From: Squalus acanthias
Taxonomy: Eukaryota
NCBI GenBank assembly: GCA_030390025.1
Contig: CM059447.1
Span: 31,682,001 to 31,746,000 of the forward strand
Length of the DNA: 64,000 nucleotides
Direction: 5' to 3'
Shown here: one piece after another, positions 62,669-64,000 of the stretch
How the letters are laid out: each line of letters opens with the position of its first letter
Numbering within the stretch: the first letter of the stretch is position 1
The notes under the pieces: model-generated
Seen by the model: the letters and a program-made list of their open reading frames with translations, nothing else
What the model was told of the DNA's origin: nothing
Databases searched by the model: none
Translations under genes and position numbers: made by a program

Positions 62669-63942
62669 TGTGAAGGAATACGCCATATTTCAGAAAAATA
62701 CACCATCCTATGAAAGAATTCTGACTTTATTAAACATGACAAACTGGGCTTGGAAATCTGAAAGCCTCAACAAGGAAAAGCTGTAAACAGAATACAGGCT
62801 TTTGAGATAAGATAAGTTGTTGACACTGAAACAATAGCCTCATTGAAGCAGAGGGTTAGAGCTTCCAGAAAGTCTGAAGTTTTGGAAAGAGCACAATGAT
62901 ATAATGTTAAGGTGTCATAAACCAACACTTCGAAATAAATCACAGAACATTAAAGAAACATATGCCTTCATAAATATGACATCAATAGATGCAACAGGCA
63001 TCACATTGTTTTTGTGTTGAACTTGGAACACCTAGGAGACATGAAGTCTGTAATACAACCAGCTAAGGTGACTTAAGAATTGAATAGAAGACCTTGCTAA
63101 AAAAGACATCAAATAGAACCACTGCTGTCACATTGTTTTTATGATAAGTTTTTAACACCTAAAGGAGGAGACATAATTCTGCAAGCTACAAGCTGAACTA
63201 ACAGTAAGAACAGCAGGGGTCAACAGAAAAATGACTAGAGATAATTAGCTTAAATCAGCAGAAAACTTCAAAGGATATACCACTGAGAAAGAGTATAAAT
63301 ATAGAACTTTCAAATAGGAAGACAGAATTTGCTGGAAGGGGCAAAGCGGTTCTCAGACTTCAGAGGCAAGCTCTGTAAGTTTTCAACTCTTTAAGTCTCG
63401 GGGATCAAAAGGTACTTGTATTTGATTTTGGTGGATATTCTGGAATAAGACTAAGTAAGAAATGTAAAAATGTAACGAAGTTAATATTTGAGAATAAGGA
63501 TCTCTGATGATAAGAATTGTAAGCTTTTTGTATTTGGAATTGTTAAAGTTGCGATTGAATCACCAGCTGTAAACTACATGTCGGTTCTTTAATAACTCTA
63601 TATATTTTTAGAATTGTCTCAAATAGTGCTACTGTATCAAACTCGCGAACTCAATCTCTGTACACTCTTTGGTGAGGAGTTGCAGAATTCTGGAGGAGTT
63701 TTCCGGACCCTCATAATATCCGGAAAGTTACAGTCTAGCTAAACTTTTTAAAAGTGCTATCTGGAGGACAGTAACATCTTCAGGTCGTTCCTTTCCTTTA
63801 GGGAGAGATAGTCTGGACCTTTAACCCAATTAAGCGTCTTTAGGATCCGGCTACCTCTAACTTTAGTTGAAGGTGAATGTCTAGGGAATACACCTGATCC
63901 GGGGTAGCCCAAAAAGGGCCAGGACTAGTAATAATCCTTTCA
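62669..63942 (+). mobile_element. 3' LTR, 1274 bp, ERV-like
   Basis: TGTGAAGGAAT...ATCCTTTCA; homologous at both ends to the rc of 41411-42865; TATA 63294; AATAAC 63591; preceded by a PPT; right flank is a DeuSINE fragment. Confidence 0.88.
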
Positions 63943-64000
63943 TCACGACCACCGGATGTCACAATGAAGTATTGTTACAGTTGCAATGTGGGAAACGCGG

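Overview
Repeat-dense, largely intergenic or intronic vertebrate DNA. HE1 V-SINE, SacSINE1-like DeuSINEs and the LINE families point to a cartilaginous fish. No host protein-coding gene is securely identifiable; there are only a few weak exon candidates. Content: (i) nested non-LTR retrotransposons (CR1, L2, a CR1/Zenon-like LINE whose longest copy has a tRNA-like head and no ORF1) and SINEs; (ii) a rich PIF/Harbinger collection: two full two-gene elements (10172-14474, 56667-61593; DDE transposase plus convergent 3-exon Myb/SANT gene), a Myb-only deletion derivative (38358-40630), an internally deleted copy and several MITEs; (iii) a Tc1/pogo MITE; (iv) four LTRs, including two related 1.3-1.45 kb ERV-like LTRs, one preceded by a polypurine tract and about 0.9 kb of unrecognisable coding-like internal sequence; (v) a Penelope-like terminus with a decayed hammerhead motif; (vi) a 515-N gap. 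All calls are by eye, with no database searches.
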